Both the position numbers and the translations under genes were made by a program. Below the pieces are notes generated by a model, which did not search any database, was not told where the DNA came from, and saw only the letters and a program-made list of their open reading frames with translations. A stretch of DNA of 61,606 nt, filler included, from Nemertoderma westbladi (taxonomy: Eukaryota > Animalia > Xenacoelomorpha): the NCBI GenBank assembly GCA_032718475.1. It is 3 parts of 3 records of this genome, joined end to end, with 100 filler letters (N's around TTAATTAATTAA, not from the genome) between each part and the next. Parts side by side here need not be neighbours in the genome. Positions count along the whole stretch, not along the records: positions 1 to 25,158 come from JAUCBJ010005555.1; 2 more parts are not named here. One strand, written 5' to 3'. Positions 1 through 13,499 of the stretch are shown piece by piece. Position 1 is the stretch's first letter, and every line of letters begins with the position of its first letter.

Positions 1-68
1 ATGAATTTTCCATTGAGGTATGAGTAGCATCATCTCATCATCTTGTATTGCAGGATTTAAAATAGAAT

Positions 69-251
69 ATGAAGTGGAAACAGAGTTACCTGGTCCGGAA
101 GCCGATCCAAATGAAGTGGAAACAGAGTTACCTGGTCCGGAAGCCGATCCAAATGAAGTGGAAACAGAGTTACCTGGTCCGGAAGCCGATCCAAATGAAG
201 TGGAAACATAGGTACCTGCTCCGGAAGGGGAAGGCGATCCAAATGAAGTGG
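69..251. repeat. 42-bp tandem repeat, about 4 copies
   Basis: Unit atgaagtggaaacagagttacctggtccggaagccgatccaa repeats directly. Bases 1-68 are also duplicated at about 388-454. Confidence 0.9.
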
Positions 252-684
252 ACACGGAATTGAGAATTGAGCCGTGATTAATGGGAACTGATCGTTCTTC
301 CCCATCATGTGATGAGTCAACCACAAAAGGCAAAGGGACTACCTGATCACTTTCGTCCATAATGTAGATGTAAATTGGCTCATCAAATGAATTTTCCATT
401 GAGGTATGAGTAGCATCATCTCATCATCTTGTATTGCAGGATTTAAAATAGAATTTGCCTTGACAATTTTCTTAGTTGTTTGCGTTATAACCACATTCGT
501 TCGTTACTGTCAAGGTCAAAAAATGCTGCCTGATTCAGTTGAAATTCTAACAAATGTTTCTTTAGGCGATACTTCCCCACGCCCATCAGACCTTTCACTA
601 GATCTTCCTGTTGGATATTCACGACTTCTTTAATACGCACAATGGCATCATCCACTTGCAAATTTGTAGAGAAATCCTTAATTA

Positions 685-1626
685 CTACCTTTCATTGGCT
701 TGATTGTATAGCAATCTACGATCGCGATGACACACCAAGTTAATATTGCAATGGTCTACAATAGTTGGGTATATAACATCGGTGAGGTAATCCAACAGAC
801 GACTATCCAAATTGTCAGCGACTGGTAAAGATATTCCATTCCTCCGAGAGTGAGTCCGATAACACAAGACGGTTTATTTCTTGCTTTAGGTTGCTGCTGA
901 TAATGGATCTGCCCGTACCACATTTACGGGCTTTTTCTGCAATGTTCTCTAAAAGGTGTTCTAAACCACGAATATGAATAGCATAAGGAAATGTAGTACC
1001 CAGCGCCTTGTATATGGCCTCCTCTCCGTCCATGCTGTAGTACATTAGATCTTTCTCGAGGGATGTACGTACACCCTAATGGATATAATATGCGCTTATA
1101 AGAATTTTCCAAATTAGAAGGTATTAATCCCCGAGGCCCAATAATTGCTGGATTCCCTTCGAATATTGTGGATCTGTAAGTAGTGAAAAATCCCCAACAG
1201 CACTTACTAATATTAAATACAGTATCTGCTCCTAAGGGGAAGGCATTGAAGCCAGATACAGTTTAGATATAGTTTCCTCTAGCTGTTGGTCCGTATACAA
1301 CTGGTAAAGAAAACTGGAATCTTGATAGACACATTCGCGTATAAATTTGTTGTTTCCCTCATGGTATGGGGATCAATATCCTTTATACGATATTTTAGAT
1401 TTTTGACATGCGAAGCAGAAACGTTATCACCTATATTATTAGCCGAGAACAAACTAGAGTTGTGCTTCTTGTTAACTTCATTGGCAATGAGCTTTGGTTT
1501 TGTGTGGTCACTAAGCCCAGATGCTAGTGTATCTTCAATGGCATCTAATGCACTGCCATTTAAAACATGTCGCATCTTTTTAACACTGCAAAAGAAAGCC
1601 AAAACATAAAAATGTACAACAAACAT
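685..1626 (-). pseudogene. Degenerate Mutator-like (MULE) transposase fragment
   Basis: ORF 815-1045 reads MDGEEAIYKALGTTFPYAIHIRGLEHLLENI, matching the MULE D..(F)P.A.H.RCxxH..N region. The flanking frames are broken. Confidence 0.6.
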
Positions 1627-2580
1627 CTTTGTCGATTTTATATTAACTACGGGTATATTTAATTAAAAGTCACATAATCTAAAACTTTATAAGATTAAGA
1701 TATATATGAGACATTTGTTATAATCTTTAAATATTTAATATAAATATTATGTGGAATATAAAAAATTAATTTGAAAAATCATTGATCTCTGGGTAAAATG
1801 TTTGTTCTCCATACCCGGGAACCAGTCAGAGTGACAAGTCTCTGTTTCAACTCTACTAATGCTACAATTTCCCATGTGGAAATGGTTCTATGTGGTACAT
1901 AATAATTTTTCTGTCAATGTCTAGGCTTATACGATTTTAATGCTACATATAGTGACTACTTCCTTCCCAAAAGTCAGTCAATACTGTTCATATGATCACA
2001 GAACCAACAGGATGCTTGAATTGGTTGAGTTGTTTGAATTGCTTGACGCCAACAGCGGCAACAAATTCCCCAAAAAACCTTGCGTATGGGTCATTGGTCA
2101 ATGGTCGATCATTCAATATGATTGGCTTTGGCCCACACATACTGTATATATTTAACCGGTATGAGTAATTATTGTTTTACTTACGCTGGGACTTTGTCGT
2201 CGGATTTCAATATCTCTTTTAGTATAAAGTACAAGATACCGATTTTCCTGAGCAGTATAATGGACAATAGATTTAAGAATCCTCATTCCGATAAGCAATT
2301 CGGGTTACGTCGTGGTCCCCGATTCTTTTAACTTGGTCCATTCGATAATACCTATAAGAGTAATAAATAAACGTTACCGTACATAAGAATAATAATAATA
2401 ACGGAAAATTATTATGGTTATACGAGATAACGGGTCATATTACTTTGGGGACCGACCTTTTCAACCGTTTCTAATTGCCATTCTACAGCTGCGTACCGGT
2501 ACCTATTGCCTGGCTACCTGATTTCTTTGGTTATAGAGTGACTACTGACTGTCTGACCATGTGATTACTGACTGTCTGAC

Positions 2581-3491
2581 ACATGAGAGTAAAAACCCAA
2601 GCGATCATTTTGTGAACATCCAATGATATTGCCTGTTTTATAAATGCTTTAAGTTGTTATGGGATGTTCTGTTTGATTGGTTGTTATGTGATTTACTTGC
2701 TAATCTTGGCCAGTATTAAATACACTAAATCAACAAGCACTGATCAATGTGTACAGATATACAGTAGGAGTCAATATGTTTCACAGGAGGCATGATGGAG
2801 GGGGGGGGGGGATTTTCGAATACCTATCTTGGTGAATTAAAAGCACATCCCGGCGAATTAGCAATGATAATTATTAAGTGAGGGAAAGTATTATTTATCT
2901 GTAATACATATTATTTACCTACATTATATGTCCAGTTACTGCTGTATTGTACGATATGACAGTATTTTACAAAGATTAAAGCTGTAAAGAGGCCTGGCCT
3001 CTATCCTAGAACCTAGAGGAAGAGTCCATCAATTGTATTATATTCTTAAGTACATTCCTGCATTCTTTCATTATTACGTCAGTATTTTACAAAGATTAAA
3101 GCTGTAAAGAGGCCTGGCCTCTATCCTAGAACCTAGAGGAAGAGTCCATCAATTGTATTATATTCTTAAGTACATTCCTGCATTCTTTCATTATTACATC
3201 AGTCACTGCAAACAATCACTCATAGCGTCATAGGTAAGTGTGTTAAGTGTGTTTAGGGAGTCTGAGAGTACATGACGTAGAGCTACTGGTATACTGCTAA
3301 TATTTAAATGTAAACTACTAAGTTACATTGATCGCTTGTTGATTTAGTGCATTTAATACTGGCCAAGATTAGCAAGTAAATCACACAACAACCAATCAAA
3401 CAGAACATCCCATAACAACTTAAAGCATTTATAAAACAGGCAATATCATTGGATGTTCACAAAATGATCGCTTGGGTTTTTACTCTCATGT
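2581..3491. mobile_element. Non-autonomous TIR element (MITE) with 9-bp TSD, MULE-type
   Basis: TIRs of about 165 bp (acatgagagtaaaaaccc... / ...gggtttttactctcatgt). TSD ctgtctgac at 2572-2580 and 3492-3500. Internal 120-bp tandem duplication at about 2960-3200. Confidence 0.88.
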
Positions 3492-6400
3492 CTGTCTGAC
3501 CATATGGTTCCCTCAATTGGTAAAGTGATCTATATTGTTTTGGTTAGAAAAGCCCTCTTCTGTAACCTGCTCCTTCCCCTCAATTGGTAAAGTGGCCGTT
3601 TATTGTTTTGGTTAGAAAAGCCTGTATCTGTAACCTGCTCATTCCCCTCAATTGGTATATATATATATATATACCAGTATATAGTATATATAAAGATATA
3701 TACCGGTACTAGTATATTATATAGTACTGTAGTATACCGGTATATAAAAGGTCGGTACCCAAAGTAATTATACCCGAGATAACTTATAAGTCCATAAACT
3801 AAACAAAGGCCGTTCATTGGTCTTAGTGATAAGCTGGAATCCATTCAATGCTATTTTAACCGTCGACTTTTTAAAAGGTGCAATCTAGATGCTAGTATAT
3901 CATACTGTCATACCATACCCTAGTAGGCTAAATTTTCAAAATTTAGAATCTAACTGGAACTTTTAATTAGACGTCAAATCAAATAAAAACGTATTAAACA
4001 CAAAATTAAAAATAACAAGGCACATAGACATATTAATGGTGTTTAACCCAAAACAAAAGTATAGTACATAACTGCATAACAATACAAATATAGATTTAAA
4101 GTGATTCTAAAAAGAAAGAATTTGTGGTTCATGGAGGAAGTTATTCAAGTATGAAGGGTTAAAATCAGTTTAGGTAGGCCGATGAAGATGGGAGTTAAAT
4201 TAAGATAGTCTAAGATAAGAACGTCGAGGATAGCCCTATGAGATAAGCCTCATTTCCGTAAGGGTCCTCATAGGGAGATTATGGGAGAAGAAAATGCAGA
4301 ATGATAGTAAAAACTAGGTTATTTATGTTGTAGTATTATGAGCGTTAAGGGATAAAATGTTAGTTAGGGGTTAATAGCGAATAAGTGAGCCTTTAAGATA
4401 TGTCTTAGAATAATTGTGCAATTTATTTCTTTGTGATACACTTTGCCCTCTTTGTACAACAGATGACCTTGACTAGCATTACGCTACTGTCAGCTGTTGT
4501 ACGACAATTTATTTAGAGTAAAGATGCAGCGCAACCAAACATATGTATGTAGTAGGCCTACAAACGTAGTATATAATAATAATATGAAGTCTCTGTTTTG
4601 GTGGTGGCTGCAGGTTTATGCCATTATATGTATTGAATATTATATTATAATAAATTGAATTGAATTGAATCGGTGTTCCCCAGATCGTAGATTTCTCTGA
4701 AATGGGGGAAATGGCTGTGGAACCAGGAACCAGCACGATATCCCGGCATCCAGGTGAGGTTGAATGAGGGCGTTGCAGAGTAGACGGTGAATCACTTGAA
4801 CTAGGCCTATGCCATATTCTTATAGATATCGTACTGTACTATATGACTCTTCTGTATAATATTTTCAATGGTTTAGTTAATATTAGTGCTAACAATCTGA
4901 CGATATTTTTTAACCCCTCTATCCGGGTCAACGCGTGGCCATTCATGTAAACTACGACAATGATCATGCAGGTCTGTGCTGTTTGTCTGTAGCGTTTCAA
5001 AATGTATTGTTTATCCAGGTATCCGTGTATTATGCAACCTTGGAATATGTTACCTTCTGATTTAATCGCATCAACTTCTAACATTTTAAGGCTGGTGTAT
5101 CGACAGTAAATTTTAATAGTTTTTTAAAGTTCAATCGTTTTATGTGATGCCGGGACGGTACTTTAGAATATCATTCTAGATATAGGCAGATACAGAGATA
5201 GGTAGAGTGTCGACGGTTGAGCCAGTAGGTCTAACTCTGTGTCTATCTGTCTATAGGCCTACTTACTGACTTACAGTTACAGACTTACCTTAACAAATCA
5301 TCATCGCCAGGTTGTGGCTTAACGTTGTTAACAAATGCAATAGGCAATGGAAACGTACTGGTATCCCCTAACTCCGATAACTCGGGTAACTTCGAGATTT
5401 TATTGATATTTGCATTCAATATGTCTAAGAGTGTACTAGTGTACATCAGCTTTCGGCGGGGTAACTCGTTACCGGTAATTCTGACACATTCGCGTTCACC
5501 ATCCATAATCAATAGGCCTGTAGGCTAATAACTGAATAACAGAATAAGGACAGAAGGATATCCAGATTCCAGGCAGATAGAGATTGGCTGAGAGCTGAGA
5601 GGCCCTAAAACACAGTTCTGCAGTTTATAGTACCGGCAGGCGGCAGACCGGTATGCCTAGGCCTAAGTGACAGAGTAGAGCAGATAGGCAGCACAGTCTG
5701 ACAGTCAGACAGTACCTGAGTACTGCAGTAGTAGGCATATAAATCAGTAAATGCAAAATAGGCCAGGTGAACAGGTGATAGGTACCGGTACCAGTCAGCC
5801 AGTGGCTGAGAGGGTACCGGTCTGCCGGCAGCAGTAGCAGGTAAGTCTACTAGTCTGTCAGTCCATAGTCTGCCAGCCTACTGCAGTACTGTTAGACTGT
5901 GGTACAGTACGTTTAGCGGTAACCAGTACACCAAGACCGACTACAGAACTAATAGGTACTGCATACAGGTAACAGGTAACAGGTACTGCATACTGCAGTA
6001 CTGCTTCCTGAATATGGGCAAATACGTCCCACATACGGTAGGCTATAGGAACTCTTTCAAATACGTACACATACGGCAAAAAGACAAACCCACCCAATAT
6101 GCAAAATTTAATAGACAAGAGTTAGTGCGTTTAGAAGGACCTTTTTCTAAGTGACCAAAAATATGATTTAAAATGAAATAACCAAGTATATTTCGGGCAA
6201 CAGCCCTTTATCAACTCAATTCAGGCAGAATGCATGCGCAGGTGTAAAGTACGGAAGTACATACAGGACTAAACTACTGAACTACAGGGCTAAACTACTA
6301 CAGGACAGTCTGTGATTCCTTACCGGTAAGTGGTGGGTTGCATGCAACCCCCCCCCCCTCCCTTGTTTTTGCTTCCTATTGGTTGGTGGTACGGCTGTCT

Positions 6401-6527
6401 AAAATACTACTAAATTGCACCAAATTTATAGAACTGAACATAATATACGAATTAATGAACTAAAGCTACTGTATAAAAAATGTGTGCAAAATATCTCAGC
6501 TAATGCCCCCCCCCCCCCCCCCCCCCC

Positions 6528-8909
6528 GTAGTGCTTTGGGGTGCGTGGGTGTATATGCCGTGCGTGTTGTGTCTACTGTATGTTTTGTGTAAATGCCTAC
6601 GCGTAGTTGTATGCGGTTACCATCCGCTATCGTATTCTGAGGGGTGTTGTATGTTTATTTCGGGGTTCAGGTGGTGTATCAATACATTCTCGCTGATCTC
6701 CTGTCGGGCCAATCCCTGCACCGGCGGAGGACCTTAATGGTGAACGGTGGTTGAGCGCCATCTGACCATGGACCATGTCTGGCTAGGTAGTGTGCCGCCA
6801 CGGAGCTCCTTCGTGATTTGTTATTGTTTCGTACCGCGTTCCTGTGTGCCATTGTGCGTATCCTAATGGGTTTATATGTTTCGTCTATGTATCTCTCTTT
6901 GCATAAATTGCACGTGGTTTGGTAAATTACGTTCTTTTTTGTGCAGTTGCGTGTACCGTTGGAACATGTGTAACATATTGTGTTAGGTAGTTTGGGGCAT
7001 TTGGGTTTGTTAAGCCGTGTTTGTATTAATATATCTTTTAATTTCCGTCCCGGTGTGAACACAACCCTGGTGGTTCTAGAAAATGGTGACCTTCTAATTA
7101 TCTCCTTTACCTTCCTGCCAACGTCCTCGTTGATGTGGGGGGAGTATGATTGGATGTTTCGGTTGATTGTCTGTTGTGGGTGGAGTACGTTGTAAAGGGA
7201 TGTGGTGTGCGGGTGAGTCAGATTGGGTGATGAGTCTATTGACCACTGCTGGAGGGTAGTTGTTTTGGTGGAGTAACTGTCTGGTGGTTTGTATGGCGTG
7301 TTGCTTGGCGACCGTTGTAGAGCTGTGTAAGATCGTTTTATGTATTAGGTTCCTAGCCGTATTAAGTATCACTGACTTCGGGTGGTGGCTATTGTAGTTC
7401 AGTATGATACCAGCGTTTGTGGGTTTTCTGTATGGTTCTATGTCTATGGTTCCTTGGTCATTGACTTTGGTGTATACGTCTAAGAATGCTAGACCGGTGT
7501 AAGATTTTTCCATCGTGTACTGTATGTTTATGTGTTGTGCGTTTAGAAAATCTAGAAATTGTCCCAACTCTTCCTCCCTATGTTTCCATACTGACCAACC
7601 ATCGTCCAAGAACCGATACCAACACTCTGGTGTTAGTCAGTACGTGTTAAGGTACTGAGTTTCTTTTATATGAATGTAAATGATGGCAAATGGTGCCGCC
7701 GCCCTATTCCCCATACCCATCCCATCTTTTTGTTTATAAAATTTATGGTCGAACTCGAAATAGCTAAAATCTATAACGAGTTGTAATAATCCATAAAATT
7801 CAGGTATGCTGAGTCCAAACATGTTGATACTATGTTTATGTTTATTGGCGAAGTCTCTGACGTCATCGATAGCTTGTCCTACGGGGATACTGGTATAAAG
7901 CGACACTATGTCTGTGGAAAACAGGATGTCTCCTGTTTCCAATGGGGGTAACTCTTTTAAACGTCGTATAAAATCCTCGGTATTTTTTAATTTTTCGGGG
8001 ACGTGTTCTGCGAGTTGGGTCAGGATTTGGCAAGCAAACCAGGCTGGTTTCTCGCCTGCTGACCCCGATGCAGACGAAATAGGGCGTATTGGCACGTCGG
8101 GTTTGTGAGTTTTCGGAGTTCCGTAAAGTTGAGGCGCCCTCAGGTCCTGTGTGAGGAGTCCGGTGGTAACTGTGTCTGGCAAAACGGGTCCGAGAATGTT
8201 GCTGATACCAGCTCTTATCTTGAGGTTGTTTTGTCTCGTTGGATCACGTGGGAGTTCTTCATAAGCGTTGGTGTTGGATGAACTATGATCGTGTACTCTA
8301 GATATGTAGTCCTTCCTGTCCATGACTGCAAACCCTCCCGTTTTGTCTGTTTTCTTTATGACTAATGTACTGTCTCTCCAGAGTTGGTTTAGTGCTGTGG
8401 CTTCCTTACTGGTTAAATTAGGCGTCGTTTTTTGTCCCGAATGTCGGTGTTTTCTATAAACAGCTAGGATCTCCTGTTTGAGTTCTGATAGTTCGTATTC
8501 TAAAGCCTGATCCGCCAGCGGTGGTTTGGTTCGGGGGATATCGGGGAACGGGAGTCTACCCAACTTCTTCCCTATGTAAACGTCGTTACTGGTAGGTTGA
8601 CTGCGGGCTGGGTCAACAGACTGCAAGGGGGCAGTCGGTTGCGGATCCAATATTGGGGCTGTTGGTGGAAGGGCGTGTGAGGAATTAGTCGGAGGGGTCG
8701 CCGGGTTGTGATCTGGGAGGGGTGTATGTGTGGGTCTATTGATGTTGGCGGTGTAAGGTCTCGCTGAGGCGCGTTGCTCTTCTCGAGTCTCGTGTTGTCT
8801 GTTTATTTCTGCCTTCCAGCGGACTCCGTAGGCGTGCCGGCACGCCGGCACGCAAATAAACCGGCACGCCTACGGAGTCCGCTGGAAGGCAGAAATAAAC
8901 AGACAACAC
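6528..8909 (-). mobile_element. Penelope-like retroelement (RT + GIY-YIG), 5'-truncated and disrupted
   Basis: ORFs 7637-8851 (KTDKTGG, LYGTPKTHK, DIVSLYTSIP, QKDGMGMG), 7094-7609 (preceded by WYRFLDD; thumb region LAFLDV, YRKPT) and 6679-7062 (CYTC..C..KNVIYQTTCNLCKERYIDET, GIY-YIG). Fold-back at the 5' end. Confidence 0.92.
8792..8909. repeat. 49-bp perfect inverted repeat (fold-back) at the 5' end of the Penelope-like element
   Basis: 8792-8840 is the exact reverse complement of 8861-8909. Confidence 0.92.
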
Positions 8910-9575
8910 TTTAATGTAAGTCGCAATCGTTATATGTAACCGCCTCTTACCTTCAGTATATCAAGAAGATTGAGGGTTTGTAATTATTCATCGATATTCC
9001 AAATATAATAATATTCCATCAACTGATATAATGAATAACCGACAGTAAATAGCAGTAAAAATGCGGTGTTTGTATTTGACAATATGATTAGGTGAGTAGG
9101 ATGGGTAGGCATTAATTGGTATGTGGTTTGATAACAGATATACGTTCTATGATTAAGCCTACTAATGTTTTGCTAAAGCCTGAAAACACAGAGGTTCCAA
9201 AGCCGGTCTTCTGGCTGTGGACAAATACACATACTGACTCAATTCATGAGTTTCTGTATACAACCTCCAACACAGAGTCAAAAAACGCTCTGATTGGTCG
9301 ACCGAACAAAGAAACGACAGAGAACAAAGAAAAAGCTCCATGTGTACAGATCAGCTGTTAGCTGTCGTCATAGTAACTACACTGTGTCAAGAGGATTTTG
9401 GCTATTGCGACATAAGATCGCTAGTTATGTCCGCTAAAGTACACAGTTAGTTATGTCCGCTAAAGTACACATATAGAAGAAATGGCTTTTATGTCCACTA
9501 AAACACCGGTACAGTAAGGAAACGGCTTTTTATGTCCGTTAAAACACCTACAGAGTACTTTGCGGGAAAAATAAC
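8910..9575 (-). mobile_element. Diverged fragment of the BEL/Pao LTR family seen at 34976 and 46107
   Basis: The reverse complement matches LTR blocks such as ttatttt.ccc..aaagtactctgtag, ggacataaaa, and ttcttgatata.cgaaggtaagag...ggttaca.ataa.gattgcgac. Confidence 0.75.
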
Positions 9576-10334
9576 TAGCTAGATTTTATTTTGCACACAT
9601 TTTTTTTTTATACAGTAGCTTTAGTTCATTAATTCGTATATTATGTTCAGTTCTATAAATTTGGTGCAATTTAGTAGTATTTTAGACAGCCGTACCACCA
9701 ACCAATAGGAAGCAAAAACAAGGGAGGGGGGGGGGGGGGTTGCATGCAACCCACCACTTACCGGTAAGGAATCACAGACTGTCCTGTAGTAGTTTAGCCC
9801 TGTATGTACTTCCGTACTTTACACCTGCGCATGCATTCTGCCTGAATTGAGTTGATAAAGGGCTGTTGCCCGAAATATACTTGGTTATTTCATTTTAAAT
9901 CATATTTTTGGTCACTTAGAAAAAGGTCCTTCTAAACGCACTAACTCAAACAAATGATACCACCGGTGACCTGGGCAAAAACCTATTTACAGAGATATGC
10001 AAAATTTGTATCTTTAATTTTTTTGACCTACCAGTAACCATAGCAACCATTTTAAATATTTATTAAATCCGAATAAATCTATTAATTAATTCATTTTTAT
10101 TTGTAATTATTAGCTCTTTGTGTACCAAAGATAAATCATTTCATAAATTTTTACTTCCAAGGACCAAGAAAAATATATTTGATCGCACCAAGGTTTATTT
10201 TGTGTCGTACCAGATATTTTTATATAAAGAGGATAACCATTATTTTACTTATCCTTCCCTCAAAGGCGGCACAGTGCTGCATTTAACCATTTTCGAAATT
10301 TTAAATTCTTTCACTGCCTGCCGCCTTGCCTTTA

Positions 10335-11595
10335 CTCTATTAAACCCAGGGGGGGGGGGGGGGGGATCTGATATATTATGACTTTTCCTAAAAATCTATT
10401 GTCTTCCTAATAGTGAAAACGGTTTTCAAAAATATTAGAGGTTTTCGAGTTGTAGCACCATTTTTTAACCCTAATTTTGGCACTTTTTTTGAGACGTCTT
10501 TTGAAAATTACATTTCATGAAATATGATTTGAAACATCTCTATTTTTGATTTACACCGGTTTTTTGGTGTCTGCAATTAGATGGAATCATATAAATTAGT
10601 TTAGAAATTTCAAACTTGTTTTTTTCGGCGTGTGCAAAATTTTGGTGCCAGCACCAAATTTTGAAATATCAATTTTGTAAATTGATTGTTTGAACCTGTT
10701 TTTTGCGCAATTGGGGTTCTGGTTTCAATGGAATATATGAGTTGCACCAGGCGTATCAAGCTTGTATTTTTCGGTGCTTTGTGCAAAATTTGGTGGCAGC
10801 ACGAAATTTGGAAAATCCATTCAATAGTTAAATTGCTTGTGACAACTTATTTCTCGCGTTTTAGAGGTTTATGGCTTATGTTTATAAATAATTATCTAAC
10901 TAGACATCTCAAACTATATTTTTTGGAAGTGGGTGCAAGTGAAAGTGAAAGTTTGAAAACCATCAAATATATCAATTGATTGTGTCACCTTGTTTCTTGC
11001 GTTATACGGGTTTGTGAGGGTTCTGAATTCAATGGAATTAGTAAAAATTGCATAAGAGTAAGTAAGTGTATTTTTCGCCGGTGGGTGAAAATTGTTGTGC
11101 CAGCACCAAATTTTTGAAAATATGCAAATTGATTAATAGATAGTATCATCTTGTTTCGTATAAGTGAAATAAAAAAAAATTTATGTTCAAACTGAAAAGT
11201 GCTGGTTACTTGTTTTTTATTCTTTTTTTGCCAACATAGAGGACTAAAACAGACATTTATAGTAAACAGATCATTTTAAAATATTTTCAAATGGATTTTG
11301 CGCCCCAGAAAACCTGTATTGAAAAACAATTAACCGAAAATTGTAACTTTCAAATTTTATGAAAATTGTTCACTACTTATAATTTTGGTACTGTAAAATA
11401 ACCACCCCAGTACATTTTTTCGAAATTATTTTCGGTCCGATTCGGACTAGTGAAATATATGTAGATACAAAAAATCAGGGGTTTTCGTTAAAATTTGTAG
11501 ATTTTAACAGGGGGGGGGGGGGGGGGGGTCAATATGACCCCCCCCCCCCCTCGGTATTTGTACAATATTTCATAGGGTTAATAGTACTAATAGGG
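10335..11595. mobile_element. piggyBac-like (TTAA, CCCT...AGGG) non-autonomous element
   Basis: The right end is aatagggttaa and the left end is a degenerate ttaaccctattaaaccc followed by a G-run. A homologous left end occurs at 30901-31162. Confidence 0.55.
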
Positions 11596-11703
11596 TTAAA
11601 TCATTTGTAACAAAATTATTGGCTAAATTGAAATTGAATTCCATAAATTATGTATTTTAAAATGCCCTCAAACCAATAGGTTGACTTCAAACTATGGACC
11701 CAC

Positions 11704-12150
11704 ATGTGGTATTTGAAGGAGTTCGATTCCAATACAAACGGTTGGGCCATACGAGATCTATATGCCCAAATCTTAGATATGATGTCACCAAAAGTAATTA
11801 AGGACAGGATAGTTGATGAAATTAAGAAGCGGCCATTATTATTGGTAGTGGATGGTGCCAAATGCCATTTGGGATTAGAAACTCTAGAGTTGTGTCGGGA
11901 TAACAATATATCGGTTCTAAAGTTTCCATCATATGTAACTGACGTCTTGCAACCTCATGATATCTCCATGTTTCGTCCCTTTAAAGCTAAGTATGATACA
12001 TTGTTGCAAACAAGGAATGCTGCAACTGGTGCCGGTTTTGTACCAAAGGCTGAGTTTCTTGAGATTTTATCAACAGCTAGGGAAAGAGTCAAGGAGATAG
12101 TCGTCAAGGGGATTCAAACAACTGGAATCAATTCACCTGACAGTACCTAA
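11704..12150 (+). pseudogene. pogo/Tigger/Fot1-type DDE_1 transposase fragment (Tc1/mariner superfamily)
   Basis: Motifs NGW, LLLVVDGAKCH, and LKFPSYVTDVLQPHDISMFRPFKAKY. A probable right terminus cgtgactctccc|TA ends at 13362. Confidence 0.85.
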
Positions 12151-13499
12151 ATATTCAGACCCTCAGATGAATGCCAGGTTTGAACTTTGGGTTGCTGCCG
12201 ACAAGCCTACTGATTCAAAAGGAGATCCAAAGGATCCTCATGTTCCACTAGATCATTATGAGGCCAGGCGAGCGAGCAGGAAGACTGGGAGGAAAACCCT
12301 CTGGACCCATAACTGAAGACTTACCTTCGGCTAATTTGACACTCAGTGTAACAGACTCTGATGGGTCAGAGTCAAGTGACGTAGTGACACCTATATCTTC
12401 TATACCATCTGCTTCACGTTTATCCACTTCAACACAACGATCTCTGGATAACTTAATCATACCACCATGTCTTGTAGATAACTTTCCACCTGGTTATGTT
12501 TGGCAGAAACAGGTTGTTTGGGTATATACATAACCAACCAGAGCCAACCATAGAACACCGTAAATCAAACTAGAAGACCACTTAACTTGGATGTGGAATT
12601 GTTCCTGGTGCCCAGGTGCTAACCCATGATGTTGTTCTTAATGCCATTTAGGGCGAAGGAAGAAGAGAATAAGAGAAAACAGAAATCTCTGTTCGAAGTA
12701 AACTGAGTCAGCAATCAAGATCACTGTTAATTGAATTGAATGCTGTTCCGAAAGAGGACCCTGATAGTATTCAGCAGATATTTGCAGATATTTCTTCTTT
12801 GCAGATAAATTATTATTGGGAACAGCTCATTTCTCGTGATAAAGGTATTGGTGGTAAGCCTGGTAGCTGGCTATTTGATTATCTTACTCAAACACTCAGC
12901 TAAACCTTCGAACCACAGACACTCTGTGGTCATGGCTTGTTGACATTAACCCTAATGCTCAGTGAGATATCAGCAGCATTGATTACGATGATTATTGATA
13001 TATATTCTTTGGTCCTGGCTCACCCTAGCTGGCCCAAGGAACGCGAGTACTTGCACTCATCTTTGATGAAGGTTATCTAAATGATATGTTTACATTACAT
13101 TTATACAATGATACATTTATGGTATGACCTTCTTAATGAACATATATGACATTAAATATGCATATATAGTGTTTAATTACAAATATGAATCACAAGTTAA
13201 ACCTTTTTATTAAGTAAAAAAAAGAGCCGTTTTTTTCAACTTTTTTTTTAGAATTTTCATTCTATAAAAAATGGTAAATTTTTGGAATTTTCTCAGTAAT
13301 CCCAAAGGAAAATTGAAATCATTTAGGTGTAAGATATCATGTGGCGGATGCGTGACTCTCCCTATATGTGGCCCCTTATACCTTTTAACCATAAAAAAGT
13401 ACAAAACTGTTTGTACAGGTTGGCTACATACCCTTATAATGAAAACCTTTTTTAATTAGAGCAGTTTACTATACATCTAAACAACAATATTAAGGGGAA

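Larger units (their letters stand above)
6119..9947. mobile_element. Long-TIR non-autonomous DNA element carrying nested retroelement pieces
   Basis: Near-identical inverted arms of about 370 bp at 6119-6490 and about 9590-9947 (gagttagtgcgtttagaagg... / ...ccttctaaacgcactaactc). The TSD is ambiguous (agacaa/aaacaa). Confidence 0.85.

Noticed and set aside
20-326. Repetitive small ORFs (ETELPGPEADPNEV)
   Set aside because: Caused by the 42-bp tandem repeat; no independent coding evidence.
4839-5512. Two minus-strand ORFs with a plausible splice donor at about 5289
   Set aside because: Possibly decayed transposon exons, but no motif could be recognised with confidence.
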